Assembly: GCA_963733055.1 (NCBI GenBank)
Contig: CAVTBR010000001.1
Coordinates: 1,184,001-1,248,000 of the forward strand
Direction of reading: 5' to 3'
DNA length: 64,000 bases
Origin: Candidatus Bathyarchaeota archaeon
GTDB taxonomy: Archaea > Thermoproteota > Bathyarchaeia > 40CM-2-53-6
This document shows, piece by piece, positions 9,004-19,208 of this stretch. Within the stretch, counting starts at the first letter, position 1; the number at the start of each line of letters is the position of its first letter. Position numbers and translations under genes: made by a program. The notes below the pieces were generated by a model, which saw nothing but the letters and a program-made list of their open reading frames with translations, was not told where the DNA came from and searched no databases.

Positions 9004-10707
9004 TTGACATCGTTGTACTCGAAAACATTGGAAGCTAAGCCACACACGGCGGTCTACCGGATGCACAAATATTTTGCACGCCGGCCCTGGAACGTCTTCT
9101 CAGCTCTTCTATCCCAGTACTCGTCAGAGGGGGACATCGTACTCGACCCTTTTTGCGGGGGAGGGGTTACCGTTGTGGAAGCCCTGAAGCTGCGCAGGAA
9201 GGCTATCGGTGTCGACGTTAATCCGATTGCTACTTACGTAACGTCCATGGAGTGTGCCCCCGCCGATCTCCCAGAGTACCGTTCCTTATTCGCTCAACTA
9301 ACCGACCGAGTCGGAAACGAACTTGCCTCACTATACAGGACAGAATGTACTAAGTGCCGAGCAGACACGGTCGCGGATTGGATGGAGTGGAACGAGAAAA
9401 CAAAGCGTATCATGCGTATCAAATATGACTGCCCGACCTGCGGTTCATCCGAAAAATCCCCCGCGATAAGCGATTACCGTTTAGTGACGCGAATTGAACG
9501 ACGCTTCAATAGCGTCGTGAAGGAACGTGGCTTATGGTTCCCTCGAACTCGCATTCCTAGGGGGGTTAAGACAGATTATCTTCTCGCCCAGAAGCTCGTC
9601 AGCTTCGATCAGCTCTTTACAAAGAGAAATCTTCTGGCTCTTTCAATCATTCGCAAAGAAATCTCGAAGTTCGCTAGATCCCCTGCCAGGGATCTACTCT
9701 CCTTTACGTTCAGCTGCTCCCTGAAATGGGCCAGTCGCCAGTCGCATCTCAGAGGGGCGATCGTTGAGGGGTGGGCGATGCATGCATATTGGATCTATCC
9801 GAGAAGTCTGGAACTCAATGTGTGGAATATTTTCAAACGTCGATTTGTCGCGGTTCAGAAAGGGAAGAGCTACAGCAATGAGACTATCGGAAACTTCGTG
9901 AGGTTCGCTCACGATTTTAGCCAGCTCGCGGACGGAGACGCAACGTGTCTCGTGTTAACTCGAAGCGGTGCTGATCTCCCAATCCCAGACAACTCAGTAG
10001 ACACCGTGATTACCGACCCGCCCTATGGCGGAAACGTCAACTATGCCGAGCTTGCAGACTTCTGGTACACATGGATGAATGAGAATGGCAATTTAATTGA
10101 AAAGAAAGATGAAGCCATAATCAATAGATGGCAAGGAAAATCCCTCGAGGATTACGAAAGACTTCTGAAAGGGGTATTCGATGAATGCTATCGAGTGCTA
10201 AAGCCCGACGGAGATTTTGTATCAACTTTTAACAGCAAAGACTTCCGAGTCGTAGGCAGTTTCGTTACGGCTGCCGCTAAAGCTGGTTTCACTCTTGACC
10301 CCAAAGACGTACTGTATCAACCGCCGATCAGACCATACATGACCACCTTTCACGCTATGCAGATCGGGGCTTTCGTCGGTGATTTCGTTTTCAGATTCAA
10401 AAGAAGGACAACGAAGCGCATTGTCCCTGTTGATGAGGCTCAAGACCTAGAGAATTTGAAAGTCGCGATTTCCCAGATAGTTGATCTGAGCGCAAAGAAC
10501 GGCCGACCTGAACCTACGATCAGAGAAAAGGCATACGCTCTCCTGATTCCTTTCCTCGCGAAACATGCGCTAACTAGGGAATCGAGTTGCAGGGACGCAG
10601 CTAACTTCTTCGAAAGCAAAGTCAAAACCTACGAGAGCTACTTCAAAAATACACGCAAGAAACTAACCGAAACGAGAAAAAGAGTGTTCACAAAGCGAGA
10701 GGCCTGA
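9004..10707 (+). CDS. adenine-specific DNA methyltransferase with Zn-ribbon insert (COG1743-like)
   Basis: MHKYFARRP, motif I DPFCGGG, CTKC...CPTC insert, motif IV TDPPY, ECYRVLKPDG. Confidence 0.88.
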   Translation: MTSLYSKTLEAKPHTAVYRMHKYFARRPWNVFSALLSQYSSEGDIVLDPFCGGGVTVVEALKLRRKAIGVDVNPIATYVTSMECAPADLPEYRSLFAQLTDRVGNELASLYRTECTKCRADTVADWMEWNEKTKRIMRIKYDCPTCGSSEKSPAISDYRLVTRIERRFNSVVKERGLWFPRTRIPRGVKTDYLLAQKLVSFDQLFTKRNLLALSIIRKEISKFARSPARDLLSFTFSCSLKWASRQSHLRGAIVEGWAMHAYWIYPRSLELNVWNIFKRRFVAVQKGKSYSNETIGNFVRFAHDFSQLADGDATCLVLTRSGADLPIPDNSVDTVITDPPYGGNVNYAELADFWYTWMNENGNLIEKKDEAIINRWQGKSLEDYERLLKGVFDECYRVLKPDGDFVSTFNSKDFRVVGSFVTAAAKAGFTLDPKDVLYQPPIRPYMTTFHAMQIGAFVGDFVFRFKRRTTKRIVPVDEAQDLENLKVAISQIVDLSAKNGRPEPTIREKAYALLIPFLAKHALTRESSCRDAANFFESKVKTYESYFKNTRKKLTETRKRVFTKREA

Positions 10708-10712
10708 ATCTG

Positions 10713-11174
10713 CTAGGCTGTTGGAGTCGCCATCGATTCTCCCCTTTCCTGTCGCTCAGCATCATCACGCCCGTAATCCCAAGAGAGGAGCCGGGAGGGC
10801 TGAAGCTTGAAAACGACCCTTCCATCTTGTTTCACCGCCTCACTCAACCAGCTTCGCCCTTCCTCCTCGCCATACCGGAATGAGATTCTCTCCAACCACT
10901 TGTCCCGATCTTTCTGAACGAGCTGAGCCTTTCCGAACGCACACACCGCACGGTACGGACGCTCGTCAGTCGCAACACTCAGAGCGATGTTGGGATTCTG
11001 TTGAATATGGTCGCTCTTGATTCGTCCGAGCCGCGAAGTGAAATAGAAGCAGCCTTCATCGTATACAAACCAAATCGGACTCACCCGAGGCATTCCCTTC
11101 GTAGATGACGTCGCGAGATGGGCCATCCTAGGTTCACTTAGAAGAGTGGTCAATTCAGTCTTCGTTAATGGCAA
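10713..11174 (-). CDS. pyridoxamine 5'-phosphate oxidase-like split-barrel protein (PPOX class, flavin/F420-binding)
   Basis: HLATSSTKGMPRVSPIWF, K..HIQQNPNIALSV, LLSWDY. Confidence 0.85.
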   Translation of the reverse strand: MPLTKTELTTLLSEPRMAHLATSSTKGMPRVSPIWFVYDEGCFYFTSRLGRIKSDHIQQNPNIALSVATDERPYRAVCAFGKAQLVQKDRDKWLERISFRYGEEEGRSWLSEAVKQDGRVVFKLQPSRLLSWDYGRDDAERQERGESMATPTA

Positions 11175-11183
11175 AATGATCTC

Positions 11184-11702
11184 CTACAACTGGTCTGGAG
11201 CCAAAGGTTTGGCGAAACGGTCAAGAAAGGCAACTTCGCTGAGTGGGCTTCTTTTCTTCTTTCCAAATATTTTCCTAGCTGGGTAGCCGAAACCAACGAT
11301 AACGCTCGCATTCCGGTCCTTTGGGATGCTGAAGTCTTTCTCGAGCGCCTCTCGATTGATGCCCGTGAAGATTCTCGAGGCTACGCCGAAATTCCAGGCA
11401 GCTATCTGCATACTCGTTAGAGCTCGGCCCGCGTCGAGCAAATGGAACCCATATTTCGGGTTAGTCACAACGATCACCGCGAAATTAGCCCCTTCAACCC
11501 ACTGTCCAGTCGTGCTATCATTCGCCAATGTCTTGAGACGATCGCTCCCCTGAACTAGTATGAACCTCCAGTGTTGCACATTCATTCCGCTTCCTGAGAG
11601 TCGTGCCGCTTCCAAAATCTTGAGCTTAATATCGGATGGCACATTTTTCGGAGCGAACTCAGCTACATCGAGTTTTGTTACGACTGCATCATATGCATCC
11701 AA
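11184..11702 (-). CDS. nitroreductase family protein
   Basis: ILEAARLSGSGMNVQHWRFI, DAGRALTSMQIAA, VGFGYP. Confidence 0.9.
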   Translation of the reverse strand: MDAYDAVVTKLDVAEFAPKNVPSDIKLKILEAARLSGSGMNVQHWRFILVQGSDRLKTLANDSTTGQWVEGANFAVIVVTNPKYGFHLLDAGRALTSMQIAAWNFGVASRIFTGINREALEKDFSIPKDRNASVIVGFGYPARKIFGKKKRSPLSEVAFLDRFAKPLAPDQL

Positions 11703-11778
11703 TCAAGAAACCCACGTAACAGTAGCTGTCCAAGTACTATAAGCTCGCGGAACTCGTGCGGGTATCGGCGTGGTTGGG

Positions 11779-12732
11779 CTAGCCTTGCGTGAGCATGTAG
11801 TTCTTAACCCCTTTCTGGTCGAGGTTAATGATCGCGCCTCGAAGAATTCCTTCTCCATATTCGCTGCCCGGGTTTATGCATAACGTGCGTCCGATCTTCA
11901 CGAAACCACGGGATTCATGAATATGGCCGTGGATCCCCAGCATTGGCTTGTATTGTTCTATCAGCTGTCTCACCGTCTTACTGCCTACATGAATCATGCT
12001 CATCGCTCCGCCCTTAATCACCGGCTTCAGGTTTGCATCAAGTTCCGGCGCAAGATCGATCGGGGTCTCGTATGGGGGATTGTGCAAATTGAAAATCGAA
12101 CTCTCCACATTTTGAACCTTATCGATCATGGGTTGGAATTTCTTAACCAGCTCCTCGTCCGATACTTCCCTCGGGCTCTTCCAAGGGGTTGTGCTCGCCC
12201 AACCGCTCGTAATCATTTCATGGTCGTCATCGATTGAAACCACCACATCCTCCGGATAGAGGATTCCCGTTGAGGCTCGGAGCACATCGTCGATGTCGAA
12301 GCGGTCATCATTACCGGGACTAATGTAGCATTTGACGTTCGTTCCCTTGAGGCGTTGATCGGCAATATCGACCCATCTCTTGACCCCGGCCGCCATGACT
12401 TTCGAAAAGAGTTCGTCAACCAAGCTCTTGTCCGCTTGAAGCTTCTCAAATTCGCCCATATCTGTCGAATACGGATAGTACCCACTGTTCCGAATCCTCT
12501 TCTCAAGAGCCTGCCGCTCATCGGCGGTCTTTACTACTTCACGAATTCCAAGAAAATCAGCAACCGCACTTCCATCTCCCTGGTCCACCAATGGAACAAT
12601 CATCTTACCGGTAATATCCCCTCCCAAAATGAGGACATTTGCTTGGTAGAATTTAGCGGCGTTCAAGAATTTCATGAAGCAAACGTCGGAACCGTGCACG
12701 TCCGAAGTGAAGAAAATCCTGGTATTGGCCAT
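11779..12732 (-). CDS. calcineurin-like metallophosphoesterase (Icc-related)
   Basis: SDVHG, GGDITG, PGNDD, LHNPP, HGHIHE, INPGS motifs. Confidence 0.9.
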   Translation of the reverse strand: MANTRIFFTSDVHGSDVCFMKFLNAAKFYQANVLILGGDITGKMIVPLVDQGDGSAVADFLGIREVVKTADERQALEKRIRNSGYYPYSTDMGEFEKLQADKSLVDELFSKVMAAGVKRWVDIADQRLKGTNVKCYISPGNDDRFDIDDVLRASTGILYPEDVVVSIDDDHEMITSGWASTTPWKSPREVSDEELVKKFQPMIDKVQNVESSIFNLHNPPYETPIDLAPELDANLKPVIKGGAMSMIHVGSKTVRQLIEQYKPMLGIHGHIHESRGFVKIGRTLCINPGSEYGEGILRGAIINLDQKGVKNYMLTQG

Positions 12733-12934
12733 GCGCCTTTCACCTTGGATTTCATATTAAGCTCTTACGTCCTAGAGGCGCGATTAACAGTTAACAAAAC
12801 CCAAACCCAGTTAGCTATCTAAGTCGAAAGAAGGCTACCGCAGCTTATCGTCTGGATTAACTGACATCTGGGACTCTATCAACTAACTTTTCAATTGGAT
12901 ACTCCAACCTCTGCCCGTCGGGGTTCGAGGTCTG

Positions 12935-14437
12935 ATGGCGGCAAAACGGTATGTTCTCGCAATAGACCAAGGGACGACTCGAACTAAGGCGGCTTTATTC
13001 GATGTACATGGTCAGGTTTGTGGATTTGGGTCTGCCGAAGTAAAGAGAATGTTCCCCCGTCCAGCTTGGGTCGAAGAAAAGCCTGATCAGATTTGGAGAT
13101 CGCTTCTCCTATCTGTTCGCACTGCCATGAGGCGGGCACGATGTAGTGCGAAACAAATCGTCGGGGTAGGATTAGATAACCAAGGCGAGACTGTTATCGC
13201 CTGGAACAAGAAATCTGGTAACCCCGTCTATAACGCAATAGTCTGGCAGTGCCGACGAACCGACGAGACTTGCCTACGGCTGAAAACTCGCCCGGGACTA
13301 GCACGCATGATTCGACAGAAAACCGGACTAGTCATCGACCCATACTTTTCCGCAACGAAAATGCGTTGGATTATTGACAACGTGGAACATGCGAAGCGAC
13401 TTGCGAAACTGGATGAATTAGTGTTAGGAACGTCTGATACGTGGCTCATCCGGAAAATGGCCGTACGAACCCATCCCATTACCGATTTCGCTACAGCATC
13501 ACGAACGTTGCTGTTTAACATCCACAAGATGAAATGGGACGAAGACCTTCTCCGAATATTCAAAATCCCTGAAGAGTCTCTACCGGATATTATTCCGAAT
13601 TCTGGCGAATTGGCTCACACAGATCCTCAATCGTTTCTTGGAATCGACGCGCCGATCTCAGGATTGATTGTTGACCAACAAGCAGCGCTCTTCGGCCATG
13701 GCTGCTTCAAACAAGGAGAAATGAAGAACACGTATGGGACGGGATGCTTCATGCTGATGAATACCGGGCGCACGCCTAAGCTGTCTAACCACGGATTACT
13801 CACTACCGTAGCTTGGGTTGTTAACGGGGTTCGGAACTATGCGCTTGACGGAGGGGTGTACACTGCGGGGTCTGCGATTGACTGGCTCGTGAAGGGTTTA
13901 GGGATCATTAGGAATCCGAGAGAGTCCGATAAACTGGCCTCGGGCCTCCAGAACAATGAAGGCGTTTTCTTCGTACCCGCATTCGTTGGCTTGGCGGCGC
14001 CGTTCTGGGACTCAACGGCAAGAGGGCTCATTGTTGGGATCACCGATGGTACAAACTCGGCGGGCATTGTTAGAGCCACATTGGAGTCAATAGCATATCA
14101 AGTTGATGAGGTTCGGCATTGCATGGAGGCGGATTCAGGTCTCCTCGTGAGGAAGCTAATGGTGGATGGGGGTCCCACGGCTAATCGGTTCTTGATGCAG
14201 TTCCAAGCCAATGTTAGCGGGGTACCAGTCGAAGTCCCAAGGATCAGCGAAGTGACAGTAAGTGGGACAGCGTTCCTTGCTGGTTTAGGAGTCAACTTCT
14301 GGGACAATGTATCAGAACTCATTCGTGCTCAGAAGCACGAAGTGTACCGGCCGAAGATGCGATCGAGCGAACGTACTCGGTTGCTTGTTTCTTGGAAGCG
14401 GGCTGTCGCACGTTCCCGAGGATGGGGCGGGGAATAA
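12935..14437 (+). CDS. glpK: glycerol kinase-like FGGY kinase
   Basis: DQGTT, VWQCRRT, PYFSATK, DQQAALFG, KNTYGTGCF, VDGG; carries NQGET in place of canonical NQRET. Confidence 0.85.
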   Translation: MAAKRYVLAIDQGTTRTKAALFDVHGQVCGFGSAEVKRMFPRPAWVEEKPDQIWRSLLLSVRTAMRRARCSAKQIVGVGLDNQGETVIAWNKKSGNPVYNAIVWQCRRTDETCLRLKTRPGLARMIRQKTGLVIDPYFSATKMRWIIDNVEHAKRLAKLDELVLGTSDTWLIRKMAVRTHPITDFATASRTLLFNIHKMKWDEDLLRIFKIPEESLPDIIPNSGELAHTDPQSFLGIDAPISGLIVDQQAALFGHGCFKQGEMKNTYGTGCFMLMNTGRTPKLSNHGLLTTVAWVVNGVRNYALDGGVYTAGSAIDWLVKGLGIIRNPRESDKLASGLQNNEGVFFVPAFVGLAAPFWDSTARGLIVGITDGTNSAGIVRATLESIAYQVDEVRHCMEADSGLLVRKLMVDGGPTANRFLMQFQANVSGVPVEVPRISEVTVSGTAFLAGLGVNFWDNVSELIRAQKHEVYRPKMRSSERTRLLVSWKRAVARSRGWGGE

Positions 14438-14471
14438 AAGAATTTGAAGCCCATCCAATTAGCCGAGAACC

Positions 14472-15371
14472 GTGCCAACCTTGACAGCAACAAAGAATCT
14501 TTACGCCTATGTTAATGGGAACTACGTAGACAAAGACGAAGCTTCAATTTCAATTTACGACCACGGGTTCCTTTACGGGGACGGTGTCTATGAGGCAATT
14601 AGGGCTTATGACGGGCTAATTTTCAAGCTACGCGAGCACATCGACCGCCTCTACGAATCTGCGAAATCCATCAAGATCGACATACCCTTCTCAAGGGAAG
14701 AACTAGGTCGGTTGGTTGTTGCGGTCCTGAAGAAAAATGGATTGAGGAACAGTTACATACGCATCGTTATTTCGCGCGGCCGAGGCAGGATGGGCGTAGA
14801 TCCCCGCAACTGCTCCACACCGACCGTAGTAATTATGACCGAACCCCGTGAACCTTTGTTCGGTGAAGGCGTTAAGGGAATTTCCGCGATCGTATCATCC
14901 ATCAGGCGAACGCCTTCATGGTCTCTGGATCCGAGGATTAAGACCTTGAATTATCTCAACAATATCATGGCCAAGATCGAAGCAATCGAATCCGGCGTTG
15001 AGGAAGCGATCATGCTCAACGAACAAGGCTACGTAGCGGAAACTTCAACCGAGAACGTCTTCATAGTAAAGAACGGAGTAGTATCAACCCCACACCCATC
15101 CCAGGGCGTTCTGAAGGGGATAACGCGAGACTCGGTCATTGCAGTAACCAAGGACTCAGGTTACCCGGTGGAAGAGAGATCAATCTCGATCCATGAACTG
15201 TACAATGCAGACGAAGTCTTCGTCTCAGGAACCGCGGCAGAAATCGTTCCGATCGTGAAGATCACTGGGCGAACCATCGGCGAAGGAAAACCAGGGCCGG
15301 TCTATACGAAAATATTTTCCGGCTTCAGGCAGATGATCAAGAAATCTAAGGAAGGAACTCCGGTCGACTGA
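14472..15371 (+). CDS. ilvE: branched-chain amino acid aminotransferase (PLP fold IV)
   Basis: DHGFLYGDGVYE, YIR, KTLNY, ENVF, LKGITR, DEVFVSGTAAE. Confidence 0.93.
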   Translation: MPTLTATKNLYAYVNGNYVDKDEASISIYDHGFLYGDGVYEAIRAYDGLIFKLREHIDRLYESAKSIKIDIPFSREELGRLVVAVLKKNGLRNSYIRIVISRGRGRMGVDPRNCSTPTVVIMTEPREPLFGEGVKGISAIVSSIRRTPSWSLDPRIKTLNYLNNIMAKIEAIESGVEEAIMLNEQGYVAETSTENVFIVKNGVVSTPHPSQGVLKGITRDSVIAVTKDSGYPVEERSISIHELYNADEVFVSGTAAEIVPIVKITGRTIGEGKPGPVYTKIFSGFRQMIKKSKEGTPVD

Positions 15372-15445
15372 GACTATTTTATTTATGGAATGTGGAGGAA
15401 ACCGTTAAGAATGGAGTATATGCGGCCCTTGTTGGGGTAAGAGTT

Positions 15446-17029
15446 TTGGCTAGCAAAGCCGTTTTTATGCGCGACGCAACTGGCCTCGTCAAAGCAATTG
15501 GTCCGTTCGCCGCATTCCTCTTTGGAGCACAATGTATTAGCCCGCCATCATCAGGGTTCATCACGTATGCTTGGCTTCCGTACCTTTGGCCTGGATCCGA
15601 CATTCTCCTCATCTTGACTATTGGAATGATCTTTTCACTCTTTCACGCCGTAACGTACAGCCAGATTGGTAGCGTGTACCCACGAAGCGGCGCCGACTAC
15701 GTTTTCGCAAGCAGGACCCTGTCACCAGTCGGGGCGTTTAGTTCGAACTTCGCCTTGAGCATCTTCAGTGGTCTAGTTGCGGGTTCACTGATCGCTTGGA
15801 TTCCAAGTACTCTGATGTCTAGCTATTTCTTCGAGCTCGGTACCGTGACTGGTCAATCATATTTGCTGACGTGGTCGGGCATGCTCACGTCGGGTATCTG
15901 GGTTTTCATCATAGGTAGCATTGCAGTCCTCGTCACCCTTGTTTTGATGCTCGTTTCGCCCTCGAAGACGGTTGGCTTTCTCAAGTACTCATTTTATCTT
16001 GCCATGATTTCCTGGGCCATCATCCTAATCTCATTGGCCACGATCGACTCGAAGACTTTCATAACCAATTGGAACGCATTCATGGGCGCAGGCAACTTCG
16101 ATCAAGTAATACCAGCCGCGCAAAAGAGTGGATTGGTATACCAGTACTCTCCAATCACGGCGTCTGTTGCGGGGCTGATTATGGCGTTCTGGATTTACTA
16201 CGGATACTACATCCCCACATTCTTTGCAGGCGAAATTAAGCGCGCTCAGCGAACTCTGATTCTTGGAAGTATTGGATCTCTAGTCTTCATGTGGGCCCTA
16301 TTCGGCGTAGGCGCTGTTTTGTTGACGAGACTTGTACCAACGACTTGGCTAGGCGCGGAAGGTTATCTTTTCTACGGTGCTCCAGGCGTGATGACGGCGA
16401 TGCCGTTTATTTCCTTTTACGCTGCTGTGGCACAACCAAACCTGATTCTGGGAGCAATAGTCTTCATCGGCTTCTTCCTGTCACTGATTGGGCTGGCCGT
16501 CACTTACTTCTATTACGTCAGTAGGAACATTTTCGCATGGTCATTCGACAGACTGGCACCAGCGAAGCTAGCCGATGTTCGGCCAAACGGCGCACCATGG
16601 GTTTCGGTTATCATGATAACGGTATTGGCGGAAATTGGCCTAGCACTGAGCCAGTATACCACAATATTCGTTCAGCTCAACTTCACGTTGTTCGCCGTAC
16701 TCTGCATGATGGTTCCAGTCCTGTCCGCGATCATATTGCCATGGAAGAACAAGCAAGCATTCCAACAATCTCCGGCTCTCGTAAGCAAGAGAGTTGCAGG
16801 CATCCCAATGATTACCCTGTTCGGTAGCATAACCTTCGCTTACCTCCTCTGGATGGTTTATGCAAGCTACGCATACCCCTCGGTTGGAGGATATGTTGGC
16901 CCGAACATGATCCTACTCTTCGTGAGTGTTCTTGTCGCCGGCATTGTCCTATTCTACGTCGCAAAAGCGGTGCGCGCCAGGGAAGGCCTCGACCTGAAAT
17001 ACATTTACAGCAGCATCCCACCCGAATGA
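15446..17029 (+). CDS. APC family amino acid/amine permease
   Basis: VFMRDATGLVK, PRSGADYV, FAGEIK, WSFDR, C-terminal IPPE; paralog of 1805..3358; TTG 15446 is the likely start. Confidence 0.88.
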   Translation: MASKAVFMRDATGLVKAIGPFAAFLFGAQCISPPSSGFITYAWLPYLWPGSDILLILTIGMIFSLFHAVTYSQIGSVYPRSGADYVFASRTLSPVGAFSSNFALSIFSGLVAGSLIAWIPSTLMSSYFFELGTVTGQSYLLTWSGMLTSGIWVFIIGSIAVLVTLVLMLVSPSKTVGFLKYSFYLAMISWAIILISLATIDSKTFITNWNAFMGAGNFDQVIPAAQKSGLVYQYSPITASVAGLIMAFWIYYGYYIPTFFAGEIKRAQRTLILGSIGSLVFMWALFGVGAVLLTRLVPTTWLGAEGYLFYGAPGVMTAMPFISFYAAVAQPNLILGAIVFIGFFLSLIGLAVTYFYYVSRNIFAWSFDRLAPAKLADVRPNGAPWVSVIMITVLAEIGLALSQYTTIFVQLNFTLFAVLCMMVPVLSAIILPWKNKQAFQQSPALVSKRVAGIPMITLFGSITFAYLLWMVYASYAYPSVGGYVGPNMILLFVSVLVAGIVLFYVAKAVRAREGLDLKYIYSSIPPE

Positions 17030-17132
17030 ATACAACACCTCTTCAGAATCACGACTAGACTCCCACATCGGGGAATCAACGCCTCGTCATGGTCTGTGCT
17101 GGACTAGGCGAAGACGGCATTAGAATTTCGAC

Positions 17133-18416
17133 TTAGGATCTAAATGCGGCGATCCCAGGGAAGCGTGCACTCGATCCCAGTTCTTCCTCTATTCGCAGCA
17201 GCCGATTGTACTTGGCCGTGCGTTCGCCTCTACACGGTGCGCCTGTCTTGATCTGTCCGCAGTTCAACGCAACCGCGATATCCGATATGGTAGAGTCCTC
17301 AGTCTCTCCCGATCTGTGACTCGTCACCACGTGATAATGGCTTTTCAATGCAAGTTTAGCCGCATCAATCGCTTCCGTAAGAGATCCTATTTGGTTCACT
17401 TTCATGAGAAGCGCGTTAGCGGCTCCAACGCTGATTCCCTTCTTGAGCCTCGAGACATTGGTTACGAAAATATCATCGCCCACAATTTCGACTCTGTTCC
17501 CTATCTTCCTAGTCAGTTCCGCTGCGTGCTCGAAGTCTTCTTGCTCGAATGGGTCTTCGATGTACAGGATCGGAAAATCTTGGCTTAGTTTATTGTAGAA
17601 CTGCATCAGTTCTTCTGGAGTTTTGGTTTCGCCATCGAGCTGATACGTACCATTTTCGTAGAATTCAGAAGAGGCAGCATCGAATCCCACGAATACATCT
17701 TTGCCTGCGGAGTAGCCTGCTTCAGAAATACCCTGGAGAATAAGCTCTAGTGCCTCGGTAGTCTTGCTGAGCGGAGGAGCGAAGCCTCCTTCGTCGCCTA
17801 CATTGACGGCTGACTTTCCGTGCTTCGCCAAGATCACACTCTTGAGCGCGTGGTAAATCTCGGCTCCAATCCGCAGTGATTCACTGAAGCTCTTTGCTCC
17901 TGTCGGGATGACCATGAACTCCTGCATTTTCAAGCCGGTGCCCGCGTGTTTTCCTCCGTTTATGACGTTCATTACGGGAACTGGAAGCGTTCGCCCCTTA
18001 CCTTTGCTCAAATAATTGAAGAGGGAAATGCCCTGCAATTGAGCTGCTAATTTGGCGACGGCTAGTGATACCGCCAGTATCGCGTTTGCTCCAAGACGAG
18101 ACTTGTTAGGCGTCCCATCGAGCCTGATCATGAGCTTATCCAACTTTGATTGTTGGCGGGGGTCCAGGCCTTTCAGCTTTGGGCCGATTATTGTGTCAAT
18201 GTTCTTGACAGCAGTTAACACTCCCAGCCCGTTGTAACGTTTGGAGTTTCGATCGCGGAGTTCGAGCGCCTCATGTGTGCCGGTTGATGCGCCGGATGGT
18301 ACAGCAGCGGTGACAGATACGCCGCGGGCCGAAGTGGTCGCTTCAACAGTAGGGTTCCCACGAGAATCCAGAACCTCTCTTCCGATCACTTTCGTTATCG
18401 TTGTTCTATGGGGCAT
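17133..18416 (-). CDS. eno: enolase
   Basis: DSRGNPTVE, PSGASTG, GDEGGFAP, KVNQIG, SHRSGETED, QIKTGA. Confidence 0.98.
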   Translation of the reverse strand: MPHRTTITKVIGREVLDSRGNPTVEATTSARGVSVTAAVPSGASTGTHEALELRDRNSKRYNGLGVLTAVKNIDTIIGPKLKGLDPRQQSKLDKLMIRLDGTPNKSRLGANAILAVSLAVAKLAAQLQGISLFNYLSKGKGRTLPVPVMNVINGGKHAGTGLKMQEFMVIPTGAKSFSESLRIGAEIYHALKSVILAKHGKSAVNVGDEGGFAPPLSKTTEALELILQGISEAGYSAGKDVFVGFDAASSEFYENGTYQLDGETKTPEELMQFYNKLSQDFPILYIEDPFEQEDFEHAAELTRKIGNRVEIVGDDIFVTNVSRLKKGISVGAANALLMKVNQIGSLTEAIDAAKLALKSHYHVVTSHRSGETEDSTISDIAVALNCGQIKTGAPCRGERTAKYNRLLRIEEELGSSARFPGIAAFRS

Positions 18417-18593
18417 TTGTCGTGTCGGAGAAGTGGAAATCGAAAGTCACTTATCAATCATTGTGAGGAAACCCATCCAATTATTTTGCAATATCCTCAA
18501 CCATTCTGACACAGAGAACCTCGTCCAGAGCGTGAGTAGGCTGAGTCGTTTACCTTATTTGCAAATGCATGAAACAATCAATGTCAGAGACCA

Positions 18594-19190
18594 ATGCGTA
18601 AGAAACGCGGCTTGCTCATCGCCATTGAGGGAATCGATCAAGCGGGAAAGCGAACACAGGCTAGTCTCCTTGCCAAGAAAGTTCGAAGTCTAGGTTTGCC
18701 AGTATCCGTATGGAGCTTTCCCGATTACACAACCCCGCTGGGGAGGCAGTTGAAGGCTTACTTGGCAGGAAAGATTCGGCTCGACTTACATTCAGTTCAT
18801 CTACTCTATGCGGCGAACAAATGGGAATTGGCAGGTGATCTAGGGAATAGAATCGAGCGTGGTGGGATTGTTATTGTAAATCGCTACAGCCCTTCAAACT
18901 TAGCGTATGGAGTCGCGCACGGCCTCTCCCCGGCTTGGCTTAACTCCCTCGAGGATGGTTTGCCGAAACCCGACGTAGTCATCGTCTTGGACGTATCACC
19001 GCGAACATCATTCAAACGTAAGAGTAGAGAACGTGATCTTCACGAAGGCGATCTTACCTACCTCAGGAACGTGAGCAGAGCATACCTACGACTAGCAAGG
19101 AAGTATGGTTGGAAGATCGTGGACGGTCAGCAGGATTCTGAAACTGTACGAGGATTAGTTTGGGATAGAGTTTATGAATTTCTACGATGA
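18594..19190 (+). CDS. tmk: thymidylate kinase
   Basis: IAIEGIDQAGKRTQ P-loop, NRYSPSNLAY, LPKPD. Confidence 0.93.
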   Translation: MRKKRGLLIAIEGIDQAGKRTQASLLAKKVRSLGLPVSVWSFPDYTTPLGRQLKAYLAGKIRLDLHSVHLLYAANKWELAGDLGNRIERGGIVIVNRYSPSNLAYGVAHGLSPAWLNSLEDGLPKPDVVIVLDVSPRTSFKRKSRERDLHEGDLTYLRNVSRAYLRLARKYGWKIVDGQQDSETVRGLVWDRVYEFLR

Positions 19191-19208
19191 CAACAGCGAT
19201 ATGAATGA

